A stretch of DNA of 64,000 bases from an uncultured Alphaproteobacteria bacterium (GTDB lineage: Bacteria > Pseudomonadota > Alphaproteobacteria > JALCBB01). This document shows positions 1-9,212 of this stretch, one piece after another; positions within the stretch are counted from its first letter, which is position 1; every line of letters starts with the position of its first letter. The stretch covers positions 1,132,018 to 1,196,017 of the forward strand of contig OY279575.1 in NCBI GenBank assembly GCA_958267355.1, read 5' to 3'. The position numbers and the translations under genes are program-made. The notes under the pieces were generated by a model that was not told the DNA's origin, searched no databases, and worked only from the letters and a program-made list of their open reading frames with translations.

Positions 1-339
1 TATCCTGAAAATTGGGTTGAGATATCAACTCGAATTAAAGAAAAGAATGCTTGGTGCTGTAATTGTTGCCAAGTAAATTTATCTCAACAAGAATATCATT
101 ACTTGCTTCATACACACCATATAAACGGCATTCCTGCAGATGTGGATGATAGCAACTTGGAGCCACTATGTGCTCTATGCCATTACAACCAGCCCCTTCA
201 CCGCAGAATGATAGTGGAGGAAGATGATGAAATGATGATTAGAAAATTGCGCGAAGAACAAGACCTGCCAAATATGTGCCCTGACTGTAATAATAAGGAA
301 AAAGGGCCTGACTCTCCTCCTGACTTCCCTAGGGCGTAG
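1..339 (+). CDS. HNH endonuclease-like protein, 5'-truncated by window edge
   Basis: Frame 1 is open from base 1: YPENWVEISTRIKEKNAWCCNCC...HTHHING...NLEPLCALCH, i.e. CxxC...HH..N..NL..LCxxCH HNH pattern; AT-richer than neighbours. Confidence 0.7.
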   Translation, partial: YPENWVEISTRIKEKNAWCCNCCQVNLSQQEYHYLLHTHHINGIPADVDDSNLEPLCALCHYNQPLHRRMIVEEDDEMMIRKLREEQDLPNMCPDCNNKEKGPDSPPDFPRA

Positions 340-441
340 CGACACCCTACCCTGCCCTTATGGGGGAAAACTCCGAGTCTCAAGGTGGGGGGAGATGGGG
401 TATAGTGGGGGGTGGAAGCAAGGTATTGAGGAGATAGCTAT

Positions 442-2991
442 ATGAAGACGCAGGCTAGGGTTGTGGTAATCGGTGGAGGCGCAAATGGTGTCTCTACGCT
501 GTTCCATTTGGCGCGCGCAGGATGGACGGATCTTGTCCTCTGCGAGCGCACCGAGCTAACGGCCGGCAGCACTTGGCATGCGGCGGGGCTGTTGCCGCTC
601 TATCACTATTCATACACCGCAGGGCAATTTCACAAATACTCGGTGGATTTCTACAAAACCCTCGGAGAAGAAACGGGACAAGAAGTTTCCTTTCACATCA
701 CAGGCAACTTGCGACTCGCCCACACCCGCGAGTGGATGGACGAATATCGCAAGTATTGTGGTATTGCCAACACCATTGGCGTGCCGTTTGAGATGGTCAC
801 TCCGCAGGAGATTAAAGAGCTGTGGCCCTTCGCCGAAGTAGATGACTTAATCGGCGGAATTTATCATCCGCAGGATGGGCATATTGCTCCTGCCGATGTT
901 ACCTATGCTATGGCGAAGGGCGCGCGCGCACTGGGGGCTGAGATTTACCAGCACACGCCTGTCCGCGATATTGTCGGGGCGGGCAATCAGCAGTGGCGCG
1001 TCATCACCGAAAAAGGAGAAATCACTTGCGAGCATATCGTGCTTGCCACAGGCAACTATGCACGAGAGATGGGAGCTTTGCTCGGCTTGGATATTCCTGC
1101 CATTCCGATGCAGCACCAATACATTGTGACGGAAGAACATCCAGTACTGGTTGAGCGGCACGCCCAGGGTTTGCCTGAACTTCCTGTGCTACGCGATGCC
1201 CGCGGGCAGTACTATATGCGCGAAGAGCGTAAGGGTTTGATTTTGGGTCCGTATGAAAAAGACTCGCCCGCTGTCTTCGTTGATGGCGTAGATAAGGGCT
1301 TTGAGAAAGATCTATTCCCTGGCGATCTAGACAGGCTTATGCCCCATGTAGAAGCCGCTATGAAACGTGTGCCGATTTTTGCTGAAGTCGGTATCAAAGA
1401 TGTAATCAACGGGCCCATGCAATACACGCCTGATGGTACGGCGTTGGTGGGTCCAGCTTGGGGCTTGCGGAATGTCTGGCTCAACGAAGGACACACTTAC
1501 GGTATCGTTGGTGCCGCTGGCGTAGGTAACGCTCTGTCGGCTTGGATTATAGATGGCGAGCCACCGCTTGATATGTGGGATTACGACCCGCGTCGTTATG
1601 GTGACTGGGCGGACAAGGATTACACCAAGGCAAAGAATGAAGAAACCTATAGCCGTATGTATCATCCGCACTATCCGAACGAAGAATTTCCAGCCGCCCG
1701 CCCCAAACGCACCAGTGCCCTACACGAACGCCTAGACAAGCACACACCCGTGTGGGGACAACGCTACGGCTTAGAAGTTCCGCTCTGGTATTCGGTAGCA
1801 GGAGAAAAACGCGAAGACACGCCTTCGTTCCGCCGCAGTAATGACTGGGATGCAGTCCGCCGTGAAGTCTTGGGCTTGCACGAAAACGCAGGCTTAATGG
1901 ATATATCAGGTTTTTCCAACTTTGAAGTCAGTGGCAGTGGAGCCGAAGCTTGGCTTGACTCCTTGCTGGCGAATAAAGTGCCGACTCAAAATGGCTCGTT
2001 GCGTCTGTGCCACGCACTACATCGTGACGGAGGAATTCGCAGCGAATTCACCGTCACCCGCCTTGGCACAGATAAGTTTTATGTTGTGGCTCCGACTATG
2101 GCAGAGCGTTACGACTGGGACTTCTTAACCAAAGCCGCCGAAGGTATCACAGGCGTAGAAGTGAAAAACCGCTACAAAGAAATGGGCACTTTAGTCATCG
2201 CAGGAGCCAAATCACGCGAGCTACTGCAACCGCTCACCAACGCAAGCCTTGCCACCGCGGACTTTCCGTGGCTGTCGGGGCAAGAAATCACGGTCGCAGG
2301 ACAAGCCGCTGTCCGTGCCTTGCGCGTGAACTTCGTTGGCGACTTGGGCTGGGAGCTACACGCCTCGCGTGAAGCCCTGCCCGCAATCTACGATGCACTC
2401 CTAGAACAAAGCGCACAGCAAAACGCGGGCTTAACCCATGTCGGTATGCGAGCCCTTAACAGCTTGCGGCTTGATAAATCCTACCGCCTGTGGGCAGTGG
2501 ATTTGACTCCTGATTACAGCATTTACGAAGCGGGTATGGGCAGGTTTGTGCGACTCAACAAAGTAGGCGGATTCCACGGACGCGATGCACTCGTCGCAGG
2601 CAACGAAGCAGGCTGGAAAAAATCTTTCGTCACCCTAGAAATCCACAACGACCCTGAAAGCACAGGCACAGGAGCAGGCGGTATGCGCGGCGTCGGAGCA
2701 GGCTTACGCGATGATGCTGATCGTCCTGTCGCTGACCCCTATGTCAACGAACCGCTCTTCCTCGCAGGAAGCGGAACAGGCGCAAGCGGCGATATCAGCG
2801 CCATGGTCGGACGCGTAACTTCAGGCGGCAGAGCCCATCGCTTAGACAAAACTCTAGCCCTCGCCTATCTAGACACAGAACACGCCGCCGAAGGCACAGA
2901 GCTAGAAATTGAAATCTTGGGTGTGCGCTATGCGGCGATTATCATTAGCGAGTCGCCTTTTGACCCAGAAAATGCCCGCTTGAAGGCTTAA
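442..2991 (+). CDS. GcvT-family FAD-dependent oxidoreductase (dimethylglycine/sarcosine dehydrogenase-like), paralog 1
   Basis: N-terminal VVVIGGG FAD motif, GSTWHAAG flavinylation motif, C-terminal GcvT folate domain (RVNFVGDLGWELH, LRLDKSY); GAGGAG RBS. Confidence 0.9.
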   Translation: MKTQARVVVIGGGANGVSTLFHLARAGWTDLVLCERTELTAGSTWHAAGLLPLYHYSYTAGQFHKYSVDFYKTLGEETGQEVSFHITGNLRLAHTREWMDEYRKYCGIANTIGVPFEMVTPQEIKELWPFAEVDDLIGGIYHPQDGHIAPADVTYAMAKGARALGAEIYQHTPVRDIVGAGNQQWRVITEKGEITCEHIVLATGNYAREMGALLGLDIPAIPMQHQYIVTEEHPVLVERHAQGLPELPVLRDARGQYYMREERKGLILGPYEKDSPAVFVDGVDKGFEKDLFPGDLDRLMPHVEAAMKRVPIFAEVGIKDVINGPMQYTPDGTALVGPAWGLRNVWLNEGHTYGIVGAAGVGNALSAWIIDGEPPLDMWDYDPRRYGDWADKDYTKAKNEETYSRMYHPHYPNEEFPAARPKRTSALHERLDKHTPVWGQRYGLEVPLWYSVAGEKREDTPSFRRSNDWDAVRREVLGLHENAGLMDISGFSNFEVSGSGAEAWLDSLLANKVPTQNGSLRLCHALHRDGGIRSEFTVTRLGTDKFYVVAPTMAERYDWDFLTKAAEGITGVEVKNRYKEMGTLVIAGAKSRELLQPLTNASLATADFPWLSGQEITVAGQAAVRALRVNFVGDLGWELHASREALPAIYDALLEQSAQQNAGLTHVGMRALNSLRLDKSYRLWAVDLTPDYSIYEAGMGRFVRLNKVGGFHGRDALVAGNEAGWKKSFVTLEIHNDPESTGTGAGGMRGVGAGLRDDADRPVADPYVNEPLFLAGSGTGASGDISAMVGRVTSGGRAHRLDKTLALAYLDTEHAAEGTELEIEILGVRYAAIIISESPFDPENARLKA

Positions 2992-3020
2992 TAACTCAAC
3001 ATAACTCAACATAACTCAAC
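2991..3020. repeat. Perfect 10-bp tandem repeat (ATAACTCAAC)x3
   Basis: Directly visible immediately after the stop codon. Confidence 0.95.
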
Positions 3021-3033
3021 GGAAACTTTAATC

Positions 3034-3768
3034 GTGCGTAGCGCATTTCATCTTGCCTTTTGCTTGGTGGTTCTGTTGGTGGCTGTGCTGGCAATGGCTT
3101 TTGCTGTCGGCGAGCAGGCCTATGCTGACGAAAGCTCGGCGAAGCACTTCTACATCGGAGCAGGCTTAAACGAAGTGCGGGTTTCGTTTGATGACTCTGA
3201 ATACGAAAATTATGTGCGCGACAAATTCCGTGGAGTTAACCTGTACTTCGGCAAACGCCTATCTTCGCGCACGGCACTGGAATTGGGCTATGTGCGCTTA
3301 CAGAACTCTAAGCAGTCGGTGACGACTCCCAATCGGCAGACTCCGTTTCGGCTTTTTGACACGGAAGGGGTAGCGGCTCCGCAGACTACGGCTACGACAA
3401 AAGCGACTGTGCAGGGGTTTCACGCTGACGCTCTGCGTTTCTTTCCTCTACATAGCGGCAGGCAAAGCGACACGAGCCACAGCCGCCAGCCTGCCAAAGC
3501 CGAAGCCATCGCCACAATCGGAGTCCTACGCCTCAACAGCAAGGTTTCGGTAGAAACCAACAAGCCCCTAACCACCCAAGGCGGAGCCATCAGCCGCTTT
3601 GGTGCGGAGAAATCGTTTTTAACGCCCCGCCTTGGTGGCGGGCTACAATGGCGGCTGGGCGGGAAGGCGCGTTTGCGTGGTTTGCTCCACTATTACCCTG
3701 TAGACCGCTTTCAAGATATCATCGGCTCGGCGTGGAGCGGCTCGCTTTCGTTGAATTTCTCTTTTTAA
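3034..3768 (+). CDS. Outer-membrane beta-barrel protein (porin/opacity/OmpA-membrane-domain-like)
   Basis: Signal peptide ending AYA, FYIGAG first strand, ALELGY, RLGGGLQW, C-terminal LNFSF BamA-type signal. Confidence 0.75.
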   Translation: MRSAFHLAFCLVVLLVAVLAMAFAVGEQAYADESSAKHFYIGAGLNEVRVSFDDSEYENYVRDKFRGVNLYFGKRLSSRTALELGYVRLQNSKQSVTTPNRQTPFRLFDTEGVAAPQTTATTKATVQGFHADALRFFPLHSGRQSDTSHSRQPAKAEAIATIGVLRLNSKVSVETNKPLTTQGGAISRFGAEKSFLTPRLGGGLQWRLGGKARLRGLLHYYPVDRFQDIIGSAWSGSLSLNFSF

Positions 3769-3993
3769 CTCGGCGGCTAGCCCTTCAGCTTGGCGGCTAG
3801 CCTTTCAACTTGGCAGTTAGCCTTAAAAAAAATTGTCTAAAATTGCCTTGCTACCCCTTGCCGCTTTTGCCGAGCCTTGGCACGATACGAGTCCTGCAGA
3901 TTGTTTTGCAAATGTGGGTACAATACCTGCCGTACACGAACGCACACGAACGCAAGCGGATGAGAAAAGGCAGGAGAAAACGAGAGAGGAATT

Positions 3994-6450
3994 ATGAAAG
4001 ATAAAGCACGAGTTGTCGTCATCGGTGGCGGAGTCGTCGGAGTCTCCACCTTGTATCACCTTGCCCGTGCGGGCTGGAGCGATATCGTTCTGTGCGAACG
4101 CACCGAGCTAACCGCGGGAAGCACTTGGCATGCGGCGGGCTTGTTACCGTTGTTTAATATGTCTTACACAGTCGGGCAGATTCACAAGTACTCGGTGGAT
4201 CTATATAAATCGCTGGAAGCTGAAACGGGGCAAGATGTTTCTTTCCATGTCAATGGCAATTTGCGCCTTGCTTGCAACCAAGAACGTATGGACGAATATA
4301 AAAAGTACTGCGGCACGGCGAATACAATTGGCGTGCCGTTTCGTTTGATTACCGTTGAGGAAATAAAATCGCTCTGGCCTCCGATTAACGAAAAGGGTTT
4401 GGTAGGGGCTTTGTATCATCCCGATGATGGACATATTGCGCCCGTTGATTTAACCAACGCTCTTGCTAAGGGTGCGCGTTCTTACGGAGCCGAAATTTAT
4501 CAACACACCCCTGTGACGGGTGTAACCCGTACGCAAAGCGGTGAGTGGCGTGTGGCGACAGAGAAAGGTGAAATCACCTGCGAGCATATTGTCTTGGCGA
4601 CGGGCAACTATGCACGGCAAAGCGGCAAGCAGTTTTTCGGCTTGGATGTACCTGCAGTTCCTGTTGAACACCAATACATCGTCACCGACGAACACCCCGT
4701 GCTGGTGGAGCGACACAAGAACAACGAGCCTGAGTTAGCGGTTTTGCGTGAAAGCGATGAATCGTACTATATGCGTGAAGAGCGCAAGGGACTTATCTTG
4801 GGCCCATACGAAAAGGGTGCACCGGCTCGTTTCCTTGACGGAGTAGATGCGGGCTTTGAGAAAGATCTATTCCCAGGCGACTTGGATAGGCTTATGCCGC
4901 ATGTAGAAGCGGCGATTAGGCGTGTGCCGATGTTTGAAGAAGTAGGGATTAAAGACATAGTTAACGGGCCCATTTCTTACACGCCTGATGGTAGCCCACT
5001 GGTTGGTCCTGCTTGGGGTGTGCCGAATGTTTGGCTTAACGAAGGGCATTCGTTTGGCGTTACGGCGGCGGGCGGAAGCGGGCACTTTTTGTCGCAGTGG
5101 ATGATTAACGGCGAGCCACCGATTGATATGATGGCAGTAGATCCACGCCGCTTTGGGGCTTATGTAGACCGCGAATACCTGAAAGAGAAAAACGAAGAGT
5201 GCTACGCCCATGTCTTTATCATTCACTATCCTGATGAAGAGCGACCTGCGGCTCGTCCGAAGAAGACTACGCCGATTTACGACCGCCTAGCCAAGCACGG
5301 CGCAGTCTTCGGACAACGCTACGGATGGGAACGCGCCAACTGGTTTGCTCCGCAGGGTACGGAAGCCAAAGATGTTTGGTCTTTCCGCCGTAGCAACTAC
5401 TTCCCGCATGTGGGCGATGAGTCTAAGGCTTTGCGTGAGCGGGTGGGTTTGATTGATTTGACTCCCTTCACCAAATACTTCATCAGCGGAGCAGGTGCAG
5501 AAGCTTGGCTTGACTCCTTGGTGGCGAACCGTGTGCCGCGTAAGATTGGCAGAATGGCTTTGTGCCATGCGCTAACCGATGGCGGTGGTGTGCGGAGTGA
5601 ATTCACCATCACCCGCATCGGCGAAGACTCCTTCTATGTTGTCAGCTCAGGAGCGGCAGAGCGGTTTGACGGCGATTACCTAGAAAAGCACCTACCCGCA
5701 AGCGGAGTCACACTAGAAAACCGCACCTTAGAAATGGGTACTTTGGTCGTGGCGGGCCCACAATCACGCGAGCTGTTGCAACCCTTGACCGATAGCGACT
5801 TGTCTAACGCGGCGTTTCCGTGGCTATCGGCGCAAACGATAGCCCTTGGCGGACATAAAAACATTCACGCCCTGCGGGTCAATTTCGTTGGCGAGCTTGG
5901 CTGGGAGCTACACCTGCCAATCGACTCCCTAGCCCCTGTGTTTGATGCGGTGGTAGAAGCGGGCAAGCAGTACGATATTGCCCAAGTGGGAATGCGGGCA
6001 ATGGATGTACTCCGCATTGAGAAATCGTATCGTATGTGGGCACAAGACCTGACGACTGAATACTCAATTCTAGAAGCGGGATTAGACAGGTTTGTCCGCC
6101 TTGGCAAAGAGGGAAGCTTTCGTGGCGAAGCCGCATTAGAAAAGCAGAAAGCCACGGGTGTGCCGCAGGGTTTCGTCACCTTAGAAGTGGATATAGAACA
6201 ACGCGGCGATAGACCCCTTGCTGACCCCATCGGCAATGAGCCCTTATTCGCCAATGGCGAGATGATTGGGCGAGCGACTTCGGGGTGTTACGGACACAAC
6301 TTGGGCAAATCCCTAGCCTTGGGCTATGTGCGAGCAGGATTAGACACGCTTGGCACAGAGTTAGAGATAGAAGTTTTGCGCGAGCGTTTTGTTGCACGGG
6401 TGATTGAAGAGTCGCCGTGGGATCCTGAAAATGAAAGGCTACGGGCTTGA
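3994..6450 (+). CDS. GcvT-family FAD-dependent oxidoreductase (dimethylglycine dehydrogenase-like), paralog 2
   Basis: VVVIGGGVVG, GSTWHAAG, GWERANWF, RVNFVGELGWELH, LRIEKSY. Confidence 0.92.
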   Translation: MKDKARVVVIGGGVVGVSTLYHLARAGWSDIVLCERTELTAGSTWHAAGLLPLFNMSYTVGQIHKYSVDLYKSLEAETGQDVSFHVNGNLRLACNQERMDEYKKYCGTANTIGVPFRLITVEEIKSLWPPINEKGLVGALYHPDDGHIAPVDLTNALAKGARSYGAEIYQHTPVTGVTRTQSGEWRVATEKGEITCEHIVLATGNYARQSGKQFFGLDVPAVPVEHQYIVTDEHPVLVERHKNNEPELAVLRESDESYYMREERKGLILGPYEKGAPARFLDGVDAGFEKDLFPGDLDRLMPHVEAAIRRVPMFEEVGIKDIVNGPISYTPDGSPLVGPAWGVPNVWLNEGHSFGVTAAGGSGHFLSQWMINGEPPIDMMAVDPRRFGAYVDREYLKEKNEECYAHVFIIHYPDEERPAARPKKTTPIYDRLAKHGAVFGQRYGWERANWFAPQGTEAKDVWSFRRSNYFPHVGDESKALRERVGLIDLTPFTKYFISGAGAEAWLDSLVANRVPRKIGRMALCHALTDGGGVRSEFTITRIGEDSFYVVSSGAAERFDGDYLEKHLPASGVTLENRTLEMGTLVVAGPQSRELLQPLTDSDLSNAAFPWLSAQTIALGGHKNIHALRVNFVGELGWELHLPIDSLAPVFDAVVEAGKQYDIAQVGMRAMDVLRIEKSYRMWAQDLTTEYSILEAGLDRFVRLGKEGSFRGEAALEKQKATGVPQGFVTLEVDIEQRGDRPLADPIGNEPLFANGEMIGRATSGCYGHNLGKSLALGYVRAGLDTLGTELEIEVLRERFVARVIEESPWDPENERLRA

Positions 6451-6491
6451 AGACAAGCCTGAAGTCTGTGCTTGAGTGAGGAAAAATCACG

Positions 6492-8915
6492 ATGAAGAAT
6501 GAATGCAAAGTTGCGGTTATCGGCGGCGGAGTTGTCGGCTGTAGTATTCTCTACCACTTAGCCAAGCTGGGCTGGAAAGATGTGACTCTATTTGAGCGGC
6601 GTGAGCTGACAGCGGGTTCTTCGTGGCATGCGGCGGGTGGATTTCATACGATTAATGCTGATCCGTATATTGCTGAGTTGCAGGCTTATACGATTAAGCT
6701 CTACGCCGAGTTAGAGGAGATGACAGGGCAAAGCACGGGAATTCATCGCATCGGAGGAATTAACTTGGCTTCGTCTCCTGCACGACGCGATTACTTGAAG
6801 AGCAGTTTGTCGGTGGCGAAGACTTTAGGGATTGAGCTTTATTCGGTGACGATGGAAGAAGTCAAGAATATGGCACCGATTATGAATGTGGATGATGCAC
6901 TCTTTGCCACGTATGATCCGTTAGATGGCTACCTTGACCCGACGATGACAACGCATGTCTACGCCAAGGCGGCACGTATGCTAGGAGCAGAAGTCGCAAC
7001 GCACACCCCTGTTGAAGAAATGATTCAACGCAGTGATGGCTCGTGGGATTTGGTGACTCCGAATGGTACTGTGCATGCTGAAATTGTAGTTAACGCTGGC
7101 GGTTTGTGGGGTAGAGAAGTTGCGAAGCTGGCGGGGCATTTCTTGCCCCTGCAACCAATGGAACACCACTACTTAGTCACGGAGTCAATTCCTGAAGTTG
7201 CGGCTCTAGAAAAAGAGCTGGTGCATGTCGTGGATTTTGAAGGCGAAAGTTATATGCGCCAAGAAGGACAAGGCGTATTGCTTGGCACCTACGAAACCAA
7301 TTGTGTGCCGTGGCAGACTGAGTCCACGCCGCTAGATTTTGGTCCTGAACTTCTACCTGATGCGCTAGACCGTATTGCCAGTCGTTTAGAGTCGGCGTAC
7401 AAGCGGTATCCGTGTTTGCGGGAAGCGGGGATTAAGCGTGTGGTTAATGGGCCCTTCACCTTCGCGGGCGATGGAAATCCGCTTGTGGGTCCTGTGCCTG
7501 AAATTCGCAACTACTTTGTAGCCTGTGGCGTGATGGCGGGCTTCAGCCAGGGGGGCGGAGTCGGCTTAGCCCTAGCGCAATGGATTATTGAAGGCGAGCC
7601 AGAAACCAACACGCTTGCCATGGATGTAACCCGCTACGGTTCGTGGGCGACGCAAGCCTTCGCCACCGAAAAGGTCAAGGAAAACTATGGGCGACGGTTT
7701 CAGATTACCTATCCGAATGAAGAGTTGCCAGCGGGTCGCCCAGTGAAAACTATGTCCATCCACGACGAATATGTCGCGGCTGGAGCGGGCTTCACCTTCG
7801 TCTATGGCTTGGAGTGTCCGCTATGGTTTGCAGGCTCTCCTGAAGCCGCTCACGAAGAGCCGAGTTTTTACCACTCTACGGCACATCCCTTCGTGGAGCG
7901 TGAAGCCAAGGCGACTCGTGCCAATGTTGGTATCAGTGAAATTGCGATTTACGGCAAGCATTCGTGGCGGGGTCCTGAAGCGACTGCTACCTTGTCAAGG
8001 ATTATGGCAGGGCGAATTCCTGAAGTTGGCAAGGTATCGCTTTGTCCGATGTTATCGCCGCGTGGCAAGATGATTGGCGACTTTACAATTGCTCGTTTGG
8101 GAGAAGACGAATACTTTATGGTTGGCTCACGAGCTTCTGAAGACTACCACCGCCGCTGGTTCTTGGAGCATATCCCACGCACAGGATTAGATTACGCTCC
8201 TTTGAGTAATGACATTCAGGGTTTCCTGCTATCTGGCCCGAAGGCGCGTGAGCTTCTGCAGGGATTAACCCCTTTGCCGTTAGACAACGCGGCGTTTCCC
8301 TTCTTCTCGTGTGCGCATACGGAAGTGGCGGGTGTGCCTGCGCGGGTCTTGCGTTTGTCCTTCACAGGAGAGCTTGGCTACGAAGTCTATGTAGCCGAGT
8401 CGCACTTGGCGACTCTCTACCGTGCTTTGCTTGAAGCGGGCGAGGCGTTGAATGCATCGCTTGTTGGTGTGCGAGCGATTTTGTCCTTGCGTATGGAAAA
8501 AGGCTTCGGCTCGTGGATGCGCGAATTCACGCCCGCCCAAACCGCAGTGCAATCAGGCTTGGACAGATTTGTCGCCAAGAAGCGCAATGACTTCATCGGA
8601 GCCGAAGCCTTCCGCCGTGAGCTAGAAGAAGGCGCACACCAGTACCTACGCCTGTTTGAAATAGAAGCTGACACACTAGACGCGATCGGCAACGAGCCGA
8701 TACTGCTGAACGGCGAATATTCGGGCTTTGTCACCTCGGGCGATAGGGGCTGGACAGTCGGCAAATCGTTAGCTTTGGGCTATGTCAAAAGCGAAGCCCT
8801 AACCGCGGGCGAAAACAGCGGCGATTGGGTGATTGAACTCTTGGGCGAACCCCGCAAGGCACACCTACTCACCGAATGCCCCGTAGACCCAACAGGCGCG
8901 CGTATGCGTAGCTAG
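6492..8915 (+). CDS. GcvT-family FAD-dependent oxidoreductase (dimethylglycine dehydrogenase-like), paralog 3
   Basis: VAVIGGGVVG, GSSWHAAG, GVMAGFSQGGGVG, RLSFTGELGYE, LRMEKGF. Confidence 0.9.
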   Translation: MKNECKVAVIGGGVVGCSILYHLAKLGWKDVTLFERRELTAGSSWHAAGGFHTINADPYIAELQAYTIKLYAELEEMTGQSTGIHRIGGINLASSPARRDYLKSSLSVAKTLGIELYSVTMEEVKNMAPIMNVDDALFATYDPLDGYLDPTMTTHVYAKAARMLGAEVATHTPVEEMIQRSDGSWDLVTPNGTVHAEIVVNAGGLWGREVAKLAGHFLPLQPMEHHYLVTESIPEVAALEKELVHVVDFEGESYMRQEGQGVLLGTYETNCVPWQTESTPLDFGPELLPDALDRIASRLESAYKRYPCLREAGIKRVVNGPFTFAGDGNPLVGPVPEIRNYFVACGVMAGFSQGGGVGLALAQWIIEGEPETNTLAMDVTRYGSWATQAFATEKVKENYGRRFQITYPNEELPAGRPVKTMSIHDEYVAAGAGFTFVYGLECPLWFAGSPEAAHEEPSFYHSTAHPFVEREAKATRANVGISEIAIYGKHSWRGPEATATLSRIMAGRIPEVGKVSLCPMLSPRGKMIGDFTIARLGEDEYFMVGSRASEDYHRRWFLEHIPRTGLDYAPLSNDIQGFLLSGPKARELLQGLTPLPLDNAAFPFFSCAHTEVAGVPARVLRLSFTGELGYEVYVAESHLATLYRALLEAGEALNASLVGVRAILSLRMEKGFGSWMREFTPAQTAVQSGLDRFVAKKRNDFIGAEAFRRELEEGAHQYLRLFEIEADTLDAIGNEPILLNGEYSGFVTSGDRGWTVGKSLALGYVKSEALTAGENSGDWVIELLGEPRKAHLLTECPVDPTGARMRS

Positions 8916-8973
8916 CGGGGAATTGCCTGATAATTTCCTGCTTTTCTCTGTTTTTTCTGGGCAAATTCCCCCC

Positions 8974-9002
8974 TTGCTTTTACCTGCTACATCCCGCATA
9001 AT
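8974..9002 (+). promoter_or_regulatory. Sigma70-like promoter, copy 1
   Basis: TTGCTT-17 nt-CATAAT; hexamers identical in both copies while the spacer diverges. Confidence 0.7.
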
Positions 9003-9005
9003 GTC

Positions 9006-9075
9006 TGCAACATCCCCATCGCCCAAGGGCGTTGGCTGCAGGGCCGTCTCCTTCGGGAGACGGCTCTAGCTTTTT
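9006..9075 (+). ncRNA. Putative ~65-70 nt structured small RNA, copy 1
   Basis: Between promoter and terminator; hairpin CCATCGCC-CAAG-GGCGTTGG inside a TGCA/TGCA stem, then UUCG terminator hairpin. Confidence 0.55.
9040..9075 (+). terminator. Intrinsic terminator, copy 1
   Basis: AGGGCCGTCTCC-TTCG-GGAGACGGCTCT followed by AGCTTTTT. Confidence 0.75.
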
Positions 9076-9080
9076 CTCCC

Positions 9081-9109
9081 TTGCTTTTACCCAATAGATA
9101 CCGCATAAT
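9081..9109 (+). promoter_or_regulatory. Sigma70-like promoter, copy 2
   Basis: TTGCTT-17 nt-CATAAT. Confidence 0.7.
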
Positions 9110-9112
9110 AAT

Positions 9113-9183
9113 TGCAACGTCCCCAGTGCCCAAGGGTGCTGGTTGCAGAGCCGTCTCCTTCGGGAGGCGGCTCTAGCCTTTTT
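9113..9183 (+). ncRNA. Putative ~65-70 nt structured small RNA, copy 2
   Basis: TGCAAC/GTTGCA outer stem, CCAGTGCC-CAAG-GGTGCTGG inner hairpin; substitutions versus copy 1 preserve pairing. Confidence 0.55.
9147..9183 (+). terminator. Intrinsic terminator, copy 2, just upstream of the NYN start
   Basis: AGAGCCGTCTCC-TTCG-GGAGGCGGCTCT followed by AGCCTTTTT. Confidence 0.75.
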
Positions 9184-9212
9184 ATTCCACCTAAATCCAC
9201 CTACCTATCAAA

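Larger units (their letters stand above)
8971..9183 (+). repeat. Two diverged tandem copies of a 107-bp unit upstream of the NYN gene
   Basis: CCCTTGCTTTTACC...CCGCATAAT...TGCAAC.TCCCCA..GCCCAAGGG...TGCAG.GCCGTCTCCTTCGGGAG.CGGCTCTAGC(C)TTTTT at 8971 and 9078. Confidence 0.95.

Noticed and set aside
3780-3993. Glycine riboswitch or sigma54 promoter before the dehydrogenases
   Set aside because: No glycine aptamer consensus seen; TGGCACG lacks a correctly spaced TTGC
8971-9183. CRISPR mini-array or tRNA genes
   Set aside because: Whole 107-bp unit is duplicated with no repeat-spacer pattern; no cloverleaf, T-loop or CCA
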